In this document: one piece after another, positions 49,223-58,438 of the stretch
Layout of the letters: each line of letters starts with the position of its first letter
Position numbering within the stretch: the stretch's first letter is position 1
Assembly (NCBI GenBank): GCA_963662405.2
Contig: CAXXKT010000001.1
Location: forward strand, 1,472,001-1,536,000
DNA from: Syntrophales bacterium
GTDB taxonomy: Bacteria; Desulfobacterota; Syntrophia; Syntrophales; UBA2210
Reading direction: 5' to 3'
Length of the DNA: 64,000 nt
Notes under the pieces: model-generated
Database searches by the model: none
What the model was told of the DNA's origin: nothing
The model's input: the letters and a program-made list of their open reading frames with translations, nothing else
Made by a program: the position numbers and the translations under genes

Positions 49223-49462
49223 GAGTTTGGGTTCTCCGGACCCTTTGCCGCCAATGTAAGGCTCGGTCCGTGCGCGGCGGCATTTTTAGAGGGGCTTTCA
49301 GGTGCGGCGTCAGCCGCACGACCCGCTTGCGTGAGTGGCCTCACGGCGAATACAGAGGGAGGACGTGACCATGAAAAACAGTGACGGGCACCATCTTCCA
49401 AATCAGGAGGAAAAGAGGGACAACAGCGCCCGTTTTTGACCAACAGGAAGGATGAACATCCC

Positions 49463-50998
49463 GTGAACAGACGAACGACCCGCGACCCTGTCATCTTCAG
49501 ATTCACATCACGGGCAATAACGGCCCTGGCGGCACTGGTGCTGCTGATCTGCGCGGCTTCCCCGGCCCCGGCCTGGGAGATCGACACCACCCACAAATGG
49601 GCGTGGTCCGCCACGGCGGGGTGGGTCAACCATCGGGCCACACCGGCCCAGGCCGCCGTGTACGCCGATCACCTCGAAGGGTACGCCTGGGCGGAGAATA
49701 TCGGCTGGGTACGCCTGGGGACCCATACCGGGGGCGGCGCGCATACCTATCTGAACACCGCTGCAGACAACTACGGGGTGAACAGCGACAGTTCGGGGAA
49801 CCTCTCGGGCTTCGGGTGGTCCGCCAACGCCGGGTGGATCAGGTTCGACCCCACCCACGGCGGGGTCAGCGTCGATCCTGCCACGGGCGATTTCTCCGGG
49901 TATGCCTGGAGCGAAAACACCGGCTGGATCAGATTCGCCGGGACGGCCCAGGACAGCACGGCCTATAAGGTGCAGTACACCACCACACCGTCGCCGACAA
50001 CCTATACCGTCACCTACGACGGCAACGGAGCGGAGAGCGGCAGCGTCCCCGCTGATCCGAACAGCCCGTACGCCGGCGGCGATGAGGTCACCGTCCTCGG
50101 CAACACGGGCAGCCTGGCCCGGTCCGGTTTCGTCTTCGGCGGCTGGAACACCCAGGCCAGAGGGGACGGCGTCCAGTACGCATCCGGCGCAACCTTTGAC
50201 ATGCCGTCGTACGCCGTGACACTGTACGCCCAGTGGTCGTCTTCCGAAGTGACCATCTCCCCGACCCGGAGGACGCACGCACCGGACGCGGTTTCCAGGC
50301 AGGACATCACCGTCACCACCGGCATGGCCACTACCTGGACGGCATCGCCCGGCGCGGTCTGGATCACCATCATCGGCGGGGCATCGGGGACGGGGAGCGG
50401 CACGGTGACGTACGAGATCGATGCCAACACCGCGCCCAACCTGCCGCGCACAGAAACCATTTCCATTGCCGACAAGGTGTGTACCATCACCCAGGGCACC
50501 AGTCATTGGCAGATTTCGAACGGAACCGGAACGGGCTGCCAGGGCCAGGTCACGGGAGAGCCCTATTTCGTCGAGGTCGCATGCCAGGCCGCGCCGCAGC
50601 CCCGCCCCCCGGGCATGGTCTTCCCCTGGGGCCTTTTCGGTTTCCGGATCGTCAATGTCCCTTCCGGCGGCCAGGTCACGGTGACCTTTACCATGACATA
50701 CGATATCCCGGCCGGATCGGTCTTTTACCGGTACGATCCCGGAACGGAAACCTACACCCCATACGCCAATACAGGGGGTCTGGATGACGGCGACGACATA
50801 TTCACGGTGACCCTGACAGACGGCGGCGCGGGCGATCGGGACGGGGTCGTCAACGGCGAGATCCTCGACCCCGGAGGCGTGGGCATCCTCGCCACAGCCA
50901 TACCCACCCTGACCGAATGGGGGATGATCGTATTCGCCCTGCTGATCGCCGGAGCGGCGATCGTATCCGTGAAACGAAGAAGAGGTATGACGGGATAA
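49463..50998 (+). CDS. Surface protein with GYAW repeats, InlB-B repeat, BACON-like and choice-of-anchor-like domains, and an IPTL-CTERM sorting signal
   Basis: Signal peptide; YTVTYDGNG...FGGWNT...LYAQW; C-terminal IPTLTEWG-TM-KRRR; GTG 49463 (track start 49436). Confidence 0.82.
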   Translation: MNRRTTRDPVIFRFTSRAITALAALVLLICAASPAPAWEIDTTHKWAWSATAGWVNHRATPAQAAVYADHLEGYAWAENIGWVRLGTHTGGGAHTYLNTAADNYGVNSDSSGNLSGFGWSANAGWIRFDPTHGGVSVDPATGDFSGYAWSENTGWIRFAGTAQDSTAYKVQYTTTPSPTTYTVTYDGNGAESGSVPADPNSPYAGGDEVTVLGNTGSLARSGFVFGGWNTQARGDGVQYASGATFDMPSYAVTLYAQWSSSEVTISPTRRTHAPDAVSRQDITVTTGMATTWTASPGAVWITIIGGASGTGSGTVTYEIDANTAPNLPRTETISIADKVCTITQGTSHWQISNGTGTGCQGQVTGEPYFVEVACQAAPQPRPPGMVFPWGLFGFRIVNVPSGGQVTVTFTMTYDIPAGSVFYRYDPGTETYTPYANTGGLDDGDDIFTVTLTDGGAGDRDGVVNGEILDPGGVGILATAIPTLTEWGMIVFALLIAGAAIVSVKRRRGMTG

Positions 50999-51079
50999 CA
51001 ACCGCGCGGCAGATGGAATTGTTTCCACCTCTCTTTTGTGCACAAAATCATATAAACCAGACAACCAACTGATTACGAA

Positions 51080-51685
51080 TCAGACTGTCTTCAGGACCAT
51101 CTGATCCAGCGGCAGACGGGGACGCTGCGGGGGGAACTGCGCCGGGTAGCCAACGGGGAGGAGGGCGACGAGGATGGTGTCGTCGCCCAGTTCCAGTATC
51201 CCGCGCACCTTCTCCTTGTCGAACCGCCCGATCCAGCAGCTCCCCAGACCGAGATCGACGGCCCGCAGGACCAGGTGCTCGATCGCGATGGCCGCGTTCA
51301 TCGAGAGGTACGCCTCCGCGGCGAGGTCATCCATGGGTGCGGTGACATAGGCCTGCAGGTTGGCCGAATCCGCCTCAACATCGGTGAAGGCCCCGGTCTC
51401 CAGGAGTTCCCCCACGCGCCGGTTCCGCGTTGCCAGGGACGCCCGGTCGGCGCAGCAGACGAATATGACGGGAGCCCGGGTGATGAACTTGTAGGGGGTG
51501 CTGGTCCCCAGCCGCTCCCGCATGGCAGGGTCTTTCACGACGACAAAGCGCGCCGGCTGGATATTGGACCCCGACGGGGCCAGGCGGGCCGCGGTGAGGA
51601 GCTGTTCGATCATCTCGTCGGTGATCTGGTCTTCTTTGAATTTCCGTATACTGCGCCGCCGTTCGATAGTCTGTGTGAATTCCAT
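51080..51685 (-). CDS. Nitroreductase family protein
   Basis: RRSIRKF, APSGSNIQP and GLGSCWIG motifs. Confidence 0.9.
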   Translation of the reverse strand: MEFTQTIERRRSIRKFKEDQITDEMIEQLLTAARLAPSGSNIQPARFVVVKDPAMRERLGTSTPYKFITRAPVIFVCCADRASLATRNRRVGELLETGAFTDVEADSANLQAYVTAPMDDLAAEAYLSMNAAIAIEHLVLRAVDLGLGSCWIGRFDKEKVRGILELGDDTILVALLPVGYPAQFPPQRPRLPLDQMVLKTV

Positions 51686-51739
51686 CTGATACCTTTTTCT
51701 GGTCTATGGGGGACGGCGAGGCCGTCCCCCTCATGGTTT

Positions 51740-53188
51740 CTAGAAGCTGCCCGGGGGCAGGATCCCCGCCGCCACCTTCGCCATCGTCTCGTATTGTTTC
51801 AGAGGGGACTCGGCCAGGATCATCATCTTCTGCGCCGCCATCGAGCCCTCGGCGTGGACCGTTGTCACTTCGTGGAAGGCCGACTCGTGCGAACAGACGT
51901 GCCGCATCGTCTCGTGGATCATCTGCATCCGCTCCAGGGTGCTGTACTTCTCGGACCCGCCCAGATAGTGATCGAGGTAGTCGTGGATATCGGGATTGTC
52001 CCAGTCTCTCTTGTCCGGCGTGGTCGCGATGATCCCCCCGGCTATATCCTGTATCAGCTCGACGAATGCGTGGTACTTGCTGGCGAAATGGAGCTTTGCC
52101 ATATTCGCGATCAGGGGATTAGGGACGGCAATGTCGCCGTACATGACGGGATTCTGGGCCGCCGCGTTGGTCAGGGCGCGCAGCGTTTCCACATAGGCGG
52201 CGATGTCCGCCAGCTTGTCCCGTATGTGCCCCACCTTGTCCAGCCCGTTATAATTGGCCATGGCGACGGCGCAGCCGGCCATCACCTCCACCGAGGGGAC
52301 CTTGTAACTGATCGCCGTGAAGCGGTGGAAGGTCGCGAAGGTGTAGGCGATCAGCATGGAGAACTGCCATTCGCCGCACATGAAGACCCGCTCCCACGGA
52401 ACGAAGACGTTGTCGAAGACGATCATCGCCTCCGTCAGTTCTCTGACCGGCCTGTCGGGATGAAACTCCCGATCCGACCAGGCCCCCCGCCCGCCGCGGC
52501 AGATGAAGGTGACCCCCTCCGTGTTGGCCGGTATGGCAAAGCTGACTGCGTATTCCGCCTCGTTTTCCCGCATCTGCCGGGTCGGTACGACGACGATCTC
52601 GTTTGCCGCCGGGGCGCTGGTGATGTGGATCTTTGCTCCCTTGACGATGATACCGTCCTTGTTCTTATCGACCACGTGGAGATAGTAGTCGGGGTGTTTC
52701 TGCTTGGCCGGTTCTTTTCCCCTGTCCCCCTTGACGCAGGACACGGCGCCGCAGGTATGCAGGTCGTTCTTCCGCAGGTGCTCGAGGAAATTTTTCGCGT
52801 TGTCCTGATATTCCTTTTTGCCCATCTGACCGGCGACGACAAAGGCCGCGTTGAGACAGTCGGTTCCGATATCCTTCCCGAAGGGGAGGCTTCCGATGAG
52901 CTGGATGGATCGCTGGATCATCTTCGTCCGGTTCGCCAGGTCTTCCGTGCCGCCCGGCGTGATGAAGAGGCGGTTGATCGCTTCCCCCGTCTCGGGGTGG
53001 GGGGCCACGAAGAGGTTCTTCACCTCGGGGTCCTCCGACGCGGTCAGTCCGTACCCGGCCGCGATCGTGTCGCAGGTGATCCCCAGGATCGGATGTGTGG
53101 TGATGTCTTCCACCTTCTCGCCGCTGATGTAGACCCGTCGCCCGTCTCTCAAACTCTCCTTGTACTCTTCAACGCTTCGAATTCCCAT
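51740..53188 (-). CDS. 4-hydroxybutyryl-CoA dehydratase/HpaB family flavoprotein
   Basis: EYKESLRDGR, KGDR, GAKIHIT, FDNVFVPWERVF and HAEGS; ATG 53188 after RBS (track start 53218). Confidence 0.85.
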   Translation of the reverse strand: MGIRSVEEYKESLRDGRRVYISGEKVEDITTHPILGITCDTIAAGYGLTASEDPEVKNLFVAPHPETGEAINRLFITPGGTEDLANRTKMIQRSIQLIGSLPFGKDIGTDCLNAAFVVAGQMGKKEYQDNAKNFLEHLRKNDLHTCGAVSCVKGDRGKEPAKQKHPDYYLHVVDKNKDGIIVKGAKIHITSAPAANEIVVVPTRQMRENEAEYAVSFAIPANTEGVTFICRGGRGAWSDREFHPDRPVRELTEAMIVFDNVFVPWERVFMCGEWQFSMLIAYTFATFHRFTAISYKVPSVEVMAGCAVAMANYNGLDKVGHIRDKLADIAAYVETLRALTNAAAQNPVMYGDIAVPNPLIANMAKLHFASKYHAFVELIQDIAGGIIATTPDKRDWDNPDIHDYLDHYLGGSEKYSTLERMQMIHETMRHVCSHESAFHEVTTVHAEGSMAAQKMMILAESPLKQYETMAKVAAGILPPGSF

Positions 53189-53341
53189 GGGTTTCCCTCC
53201 TTGATATTGTAATCCCATTCACGATTATACGATGGGTTTTAAACGGACTTCCCCCCGGTGGGGTACGACACCACCTCCACCGCCAGCTATTTGACCACGT
53301 GCCGCCGCGACATGCAAATCATTTGCGTCTCACGGTCTGGA

Positions 53342-53893
53342 TTATCGCTCCGGTCCCCTCCACGGGAAGAACATCGGCGTCTTTGCCTTGTATTCGATGT
53401 ATTGGCGACCGAGGCGCATTGCGAGTTCCGGCTCCTCAATCACTTTCAGTTCAATGACATTGATCAGGATGAAGAGGGGGGTAAAGACGAACAAGAGCGA
53501 GGGAGATCGGAAGGCCAGGGCGAGGCCGAAGAGGGAGATGAAGAGGCCGCCGAGCATCGGGTTGCGGGTATAGGCATAGGGGCCGGAGGTGACCAGCTCG
53601 GGGGGCGGGTTGAAGGGAATGGGCGTCCCCTTGACCCGTAAAAAGTGGAGCACGGACCAGAAGGCCAGGAAGAGGCCAATGAAGATGATCGGGATCGACA
53701 GGACGGCGCTGACCGAAAGAGGAAAAAGGTCGGGAAGGCCCAGCAGGCGATCTGTCGGGAATGACAGGATGACGAAGAGTGACGCGAACAGGAAGTAGGA
53801 GAGGGCGACGATCGGTGTAATGAGGAGACGGACCTTTCTGCTCCCCGTCGCCGTCCGGTATATGAGATGTATCCACCTTTTTTTCAAACTCAC
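53342..53893 (-). CDS. Isoprenylcysteine carboxyl methyltransferase (ICMT/PEMT) family membrane protein
   Basis: GTPIP, GPYAYTRNPM and EEPEL..RLG..Y..Y motifs. Confidence 0.85.
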   Translation of the reverse strand: MSLKKRWIHLIYRTATGSRKVRLLITPIVALSYFLFASLFVILSFPTDRLLGLPDLFPLSVSAVLSIPIIFIGLFLAFWSVLHFLRVKGTPIPFNPPPELVTSGPYAYTRNPMLGGLFISLFGLALAFRSPSLLFVFTPLFILINVIELKVIEEPELAMRLGRQYIEYKAKTPMFFPWRGPER

Positions 53894-53942
53894 AGCAGCC
53901 TCCGTGTGTCAGGGAAAACAGCTGGAAACGGTCGGAAACGCT

Positions 53943-54290
53943 TTATACGCAGCGAGGTTCGTTTTCCCTCGGCAGATAATCATCCCGCACCGGTGAGAAG
54001 ACCTCGACGGCCACGGAGTCTTCGAGGATCGCGGCACCATGTTCGATACCGCTCCCGACGCACCAACTGTCGCCGGGGAAGGCGTCGTGTTCATCAGTCC
54101 CGATGGAAAGACGGATCCGACCGCTCACGAGATACCCGGTCTGCTCGTGGGGATGGGCGTGCCGGGGTAGGACACTTCCCTTTTTGAGGAGGAATTCGGT
54201 CATCAGGGTCCGTTCTCCGTATACCGTCGTCTTCATCTCGATCCCCTCGATGGCGGGGATGTACCCGTCTTTACTGCTTTTCTGAAACAT
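53943..54290 (-). CDS. Cupin domain protein
   Basis: HAHPHEQ...G.EH...VFSPVR pattern. Confidence 0.85.
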   Translation of the reverse strand: MFQKSSKDGYIPAIEGIEMKTTVYGERTLMTEFLLKKGSVLPRHAHPHEQTGYLVSGRIRLSIGTDEHDAFPGDSWCVGSGIEHGAAILEDSVAVEVFSPVRDDYLPRENEPRCV

Positions 54291-54320
54291 GTTCACATTC
54301 CTTTCTCTCCGTGGCAACAG

Positions 54321-54932
54321 TCAAAGGTCCGCATCAACACTCCATGCACGGGCAATGGGAGGATTCCGCCGAAAGAAATCTCTCCGGACCGCCGCGCTCA
54401 CCGTATTGAGGGGGCAGGCGAAATTGATGCACTGGGAGCAGAGGTATCGCTTCAGAGTCATGAAGAATCCTGCGGTGGCGGAGAGGTACACGATCAGCAG
54501 GAACCACGGTGAGCCCGGAATCAGGAAGAAGAGCGGAAATCCCCACACGACGGCGAGACCGCCAATAAAAACTGTTTTTTCTATCAGGTTCATCGACCCC
54601 GGGTGGTATCGCCACACCTTGGGGGAACCATAGTTCGCCCAGCACTTCAGAGAGTACCCCTCCTCGGCGTAGTGGGGACAGTGGGTGCAGAGGACCCGGA
54701 TCTCGATAAATCCAAAGAACCCGACGATGACGGCGATCCACAGGACGAGCATCCACCCGTTTGCATGGTAGATCCCGGCCCCTCCCGCCAGAAAAGAGGG
54801 GAGGGCGGTCAGGATGAAGTGGGTAAGGTCCCCGGGGGTGAAGTGGCGGTGGAGCGTTGTTTCGACCGGGCATCCGTCACACCCTTTGGAAGCACACGAG
54901 GCAATTGGTTTTCTGGGATCGAGAAACAGCAT
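54321..54932 (-). CDS. Hypothetical 4-TM protein with Cys motifs
   Basis: CTHCPHY and CSQCINFACPLN flanking TM helices. Confidence 0.65.
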   Translation of the reverse strand: MLFLDPRKPIASCASKGCDGCPVETTLHRHFTPGDLTHFILTALPSFLAGGAGIYHANGWMLVLWIAVIVGFFGFIEIRVLCTHCPHYAEEGYSLKCWANYGSPKVWRYHPGSMNLIEKTVFIGGLAVVWGFPLFFLIPGSPWFLLIVYLSATAGFFMTLKRYLCSQCINFACPLNTVSAAVRRDFFRRNPPIARAWSVDADL

Positions 54933-54950
54933 GATAACACCTCGATACAA

Positions 54951-55752
54951 TCAGCCCATGACGGCGCCGCCGTCGACGTTGATCGCCTGCCCCGTGATGT
55001 TCTGTGCCTCCTCAGAAGCGAGATAGGCGGTGAGGCTTGCAATATCCTCGGCGGTCTGGGGGCTGCCCCAGCGGGGTGAGGGGCCGTACCCGCTCCTCGA
55101 AGATCTCCTCGAGTTCCTTGCCCGCCATGGCGGAGAGGTTGTCCTTCATCATTTGGGCGAGTTCCTGCCATCCGGGGGTATAGACGTAACCGGGGCAGAC
55201 GGCGTTCACCGTAATGGTGTATCGTCCCAATTCCTTGGCCAGGACCTGCGTCAGGCCGAGGACGGCAAACTTGCCCGCGCTGTACGCGCCGATCATGGAT
55301 TCACCGACCTTTCCCGATATGGAGGCGATGTTGATGATCCGTCCCTCTCTTTTCTTCATCATCTCTCGGGCGACGGCCCGGGAGCAGAGAAAGGCACTCT
55401 TCAGGTTGAGTTCAATCGTCCGGTCCCAATCCTGTGTGGAAAACTTGGTGATGAATGTGGATCCGCCGCCTCCGCCCACGTTGTTCACCAGGATATCCAC
55501 CGTTCCGTAAGCCTTCAGGGTTTCAGCGATCATCCGGTCGACATCCTCCTCTTTCGTCGCGTCCACCCGGAGGGCCATCCCATTTTTCTCACCGTCGGTG
55601 ATCTCGACGACGACTGCCCGGGCGTTTTCCTCATTGAGATCCGTTGCCACAACGATAGCCCCTTCATCGGCAAGACGCAGGGCAATAGCCTTTCCAATTC
55701 CGCTTCCAGCGCCGGTGACGACGGCTACCTTGTCTCTGATTCGCAGGTCCAT
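54951..55752 (-). pseudogene. SDR oxidoreductase with a 1-nt frameshift near the 3' end (or a sequencing error)
   Basis: TGAGSGIG and YSAGK motifs; the canonical tail QTAEDIA...NITGQAINVDGG is in another frame after about 55060. Confidence 0.8.
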
Positions 55753-55767
55753 TCTCTCTCCTCTATC

Positions 55768-57684
55768 TCATATCTCGAGCCCGGCCCGGTACCCCTCGGC
55801 GACCGCCTCCAGGGCCTTGCGTACCCCCGCAGCGTCGCCGATGGTGATTATCCGGCCTGCCTTCTCTTCGATCTTTGATTGGAATCCGCTCCGGGGTTTC
55901 AGGCCCGCGGCACGCACCACCGTGTCGAAGGGGCCGATCGTCTCTCGTCTCCCGCCCTGCTCGATGATCAGACCCTCGTCCGCAATCGCGATGACCGTGG
56001 CCTTGACATAGATCGTAACCCCCTGATCGGCAAGCCCCTTGAGGAGAAAGGAGCGGGTATGATCCTCTTCATCCTGTGCCACGGCCGGGAGCATCTCCAC
56101 GATGGTCACCTCCTTGCCGTGATGGGCAAGGTGGTACGCCGTCTCCGCGCCGATCATCCCCCCACCGATAACGGCGACCCGCGGTCCGGCGGTGACGTTT
56201 CCGGCCAGGATATCGTGTGCGGTGACGGCAAGCGCCGATCCCGGGACACTGAGAGACAGGGGGACACTCCCCGTGGCAACCACGACGACGTCCGGACCCT
56301 CGCGGCTCACAACCTCCCCGGTTAACTCCGTATCTAGATGAACGGTGACACCGCTCTCGGCAAGCTGCCTTGCGAGCCACTCAATGAAGGCCGCTATTTC
56401 TCCCTTGGCGGGGGGGACGGCAGCCAGGGTGAACTGTCCACCCAGCCGCCCTTCCTTCTCGAAGAGATGGACCTCGTGCCCCCGTTTGGCGGCCGCCATC
56501 GCCGCCTCCATCCCTGCGGGACCCGCCCCGGCAATAAATACCTTTTTTCTCGTCTTCGCGGGGTCTATCCGCAGTTCCTCTTCTTTCCCCAGCGTCGGAT
56601 TGACCAGGCAGGTCGCGGGTTGATGGCGGGATATCATCCCCGTGCAGCCCTGCATGCAGCCGATGCAGTGATTGATCTCGTCGAACCTCCCGGCGGCGGT
56701 CTTGTTCGGCAGATCCGGATCGGCGAGAGAGGCCCTCCCCATGGCCACCAGATCGGCCGTCCCGCCGGCGACGATTGTCTCTGCCAGGAGGGGATCGGTG
56801 ATCCTCCCCACGGTGATGATCGGAATACCGACGACCTTCTTTACCTCCCGCGCATAGCCGGTAATCCACCCGTGCGTGACGGCGGCCGGGGGCGTAATCG
56901 CGTACCCGCTCCCGTAGGTCCCGGCCGAGATGTGGACGGCGTCGATCCCATTTCTCTCCAGGATCCGTACGACAGTCTTGGTCTCTTCAATCGTCCTCCC
57001 TCCGGGGACCAGCTCATCACCCGATATCCTGAAGATCACGGGGAAATCACTCCCCACTTTCGATCGAATATCCGCCAGGACCTCCAGGGGAAACCGCAGC
57101 CGGTTCAGGAGAGAGCCGCCGTACCCGTCGGTTCGTTTGTTGGCATGAAGGGACATGAACTGGGCGATCAGATACCCGTGGGCACCATGGACCTCGATCC
57201 CGTCAAATCCGGCCCTCTGCGCCCGCAGGGCACACGCTCCGAACGCCTGCACGATCTCTTTGATCTCGGAGATTGTCAGGGCGCGGGGCATCTTACCGAT
57301 ACTCGGGCAGGGGATCGGCGAGGGGGCCACGGGTTGGGAGCCCGTGACACGCCTGGTGGTCTGGCGCCCGGAGTGGTAGATCTGGGCGAAGATAATCCCC
57401 CCCGCATCGTGGACCCTCCGGGTCAGCTCCGCGTGACCCGCGATCTGGCTGTCGTCCCACAGGCCCGGTATATTGGGAAAGCCCTTTCCTTCAGGGACCA
57501 CGGCGTAGTCTTCGGTGATGATCAGTCCCCATCCCCCGCGGGCCTTTGTCTCATGGTAGGCGATGTACCGCTCCGTCGCCGTCCCATCGGCATTGCAGTA
57601 GTTCATCACCATCGCCGGCACTACCAGCCGGTTGGGGATCTCAATTGATCCGATCCTGACAGGGGAAAAGAGCGTCTCTACCAT
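55768..57684 (-). CDS. NADH:flavin oxidoreductase (OYE + Fe-S + FAD; dienoyl-CoA/enoate reductase family)
   Basis: HGAHGYL, NKRTDGYGG, CIGCMQGC and GAGPAG motifs. Confidence 0.9.
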   Translation of the reverse strand: MVETLFSPVRIGSIEIPNRLVVPAMVMNYCNADGTATERYIAYHETKARGGWGLIITEDYAVVPEGKGFPNIPGLWDDSQIAGHAELTRRVHDAGGIIFAQIYHSGRQTTRRVTGSQPVAPSPIPCPSIGKMPRALTISEIKEIVQAFGACALRAQRAGFDGIEVHGAHGYLIAQFMSLHANKRTDGYGGSLLNRLRFPLEVLADIRSKVGSDFPVIFRISGDELVPGGRTIEETKTVVRILERNGIDAVHISAGTYGSGYAITPPAAVTHGWITGYAREVKKVVGIPIITVGRITDPLLAETIVAGGTADLVAMGRASLADPDLPNKTAAGRFDEINHCIGCMQGCTGMISRHQPATCLVNPTLGKEEELRIDPAKTRKKVFIAGAGPAGMEAAMAAAKRGHEVHLFEKEGRLGGQFTLAAVPPAKGEIAAFIEWLARQLAESGVTVHLDTELTGEVVSREGPDVVVVATGSVPLSLSVPGSALAVTAHDILAGNVTAGPRVAVIGGGMIGAETAYHLAHHGKEVTIVEMLPAVAQDEEDHTRSFLLKGLADQGVTIYVKATVIAIADEGLIIEQGGRRETIGPFDTVVRAAGLKPRSGFQSKIEEKAGRIITIGDAAGVRKALEAVAEGYRAGLEI

Positions 57685-57773
57685 ACCACCTCCTTGGCTG
57701 CGTAAGATTGGACCGGCGATTCGGCAGAGCGGTGAAAAGAAGTGCCGATATTCTCTGTTTGCCCGGCCATGGG

Positions 57774-58367
57774 TTATCCCAGCCGGGCGTTGACAAACTC
57801 CCAGTTGACGAGGTGTCCCATGAAGGCATTGAGATAGTCGCCCCGTGCGTTCTGATAGTCGAGATAATAGGCGTGCTCCCAGACGTCAACCGTCAGGAGG
57901 GGGGTGATTCCATGGGCGATGGGGGTGTCGGCGTTCGCCGTCTTCATGATCTCAAGCCTGCCCTCGCGCATGACCAGCCACGCCCAGCCGCTCCCGAACT
58001 GGGTGAGTCCGGCGCTCTTCAATTCCTTTACGAAGGTTGTGTAGGCCCCGAAGGCACCTTCGATCTTCTCTCCCACGGCATCCGTGGGGGGACCACCGCC
58101 ACCGGGCTTCATACAGTGCCAGTAAAAGGTATGGTTCCAGGCCTGGGCCGCGTTGTTGAAGATACCGGCCCTGGCGGGGTCGCCTGCGGTCTTCGTGATG
58201 ATATCCTCCAGCCCCATACCGGCCAGGTCCGTGTTCTCGATCAGGTTGTTCAGATTCGTCACATAGGCGTTGTGATGCTTTCCGTGATGAAACTCCAGCG
58301 TCTTCGAACTGATGTACGGTTCGAGGGCATCCTTTCCGTACGGAAGATCGGGCAGGGTAACGGCCAT
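57774..58367 (-). CDS. sodB: Fe superoxide dismutase
   Basis: HHGKHH, NNAAQAWNH and DVWEHAYY; ATG 58367 after AGGAGAGG. Confidence 0.92.
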   Translation of the reverse strand: MAVTLPDLPYGKDALEPYISSKTLEFHHGKHHNAYVTNLNNLIENTDLAGMGLEDIITKTAGDPARAGIFNNAAQAWNHTFYWHCMKPGGGGPPTDAVGEKIEGAFGAYTTFVKELKSAGLTQFGSGWAWLVMREGRLEIMKTANADTPIAHGITPLLTVDVWEHAYYLDYQNARGDYLNAFMGHLVNWEFVNARLG

Positions 58368-58438
58368 AGGTCCTCTCCTTTCTGGTGGTAAGAATGGCAG
58401 GCCAAACGGTCGGGACCGCATACCCCCTACCCGGTCCG

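Noticed and set aside
46385..49440. Spaced repeats read as a CRISPR array or integron attC sites
   Set aside because: Spacing is about 1.4-1.6 kb, there are no cas genes or integrase, and no attC-like RYYYAAC/GTTRRRY palindromic structure
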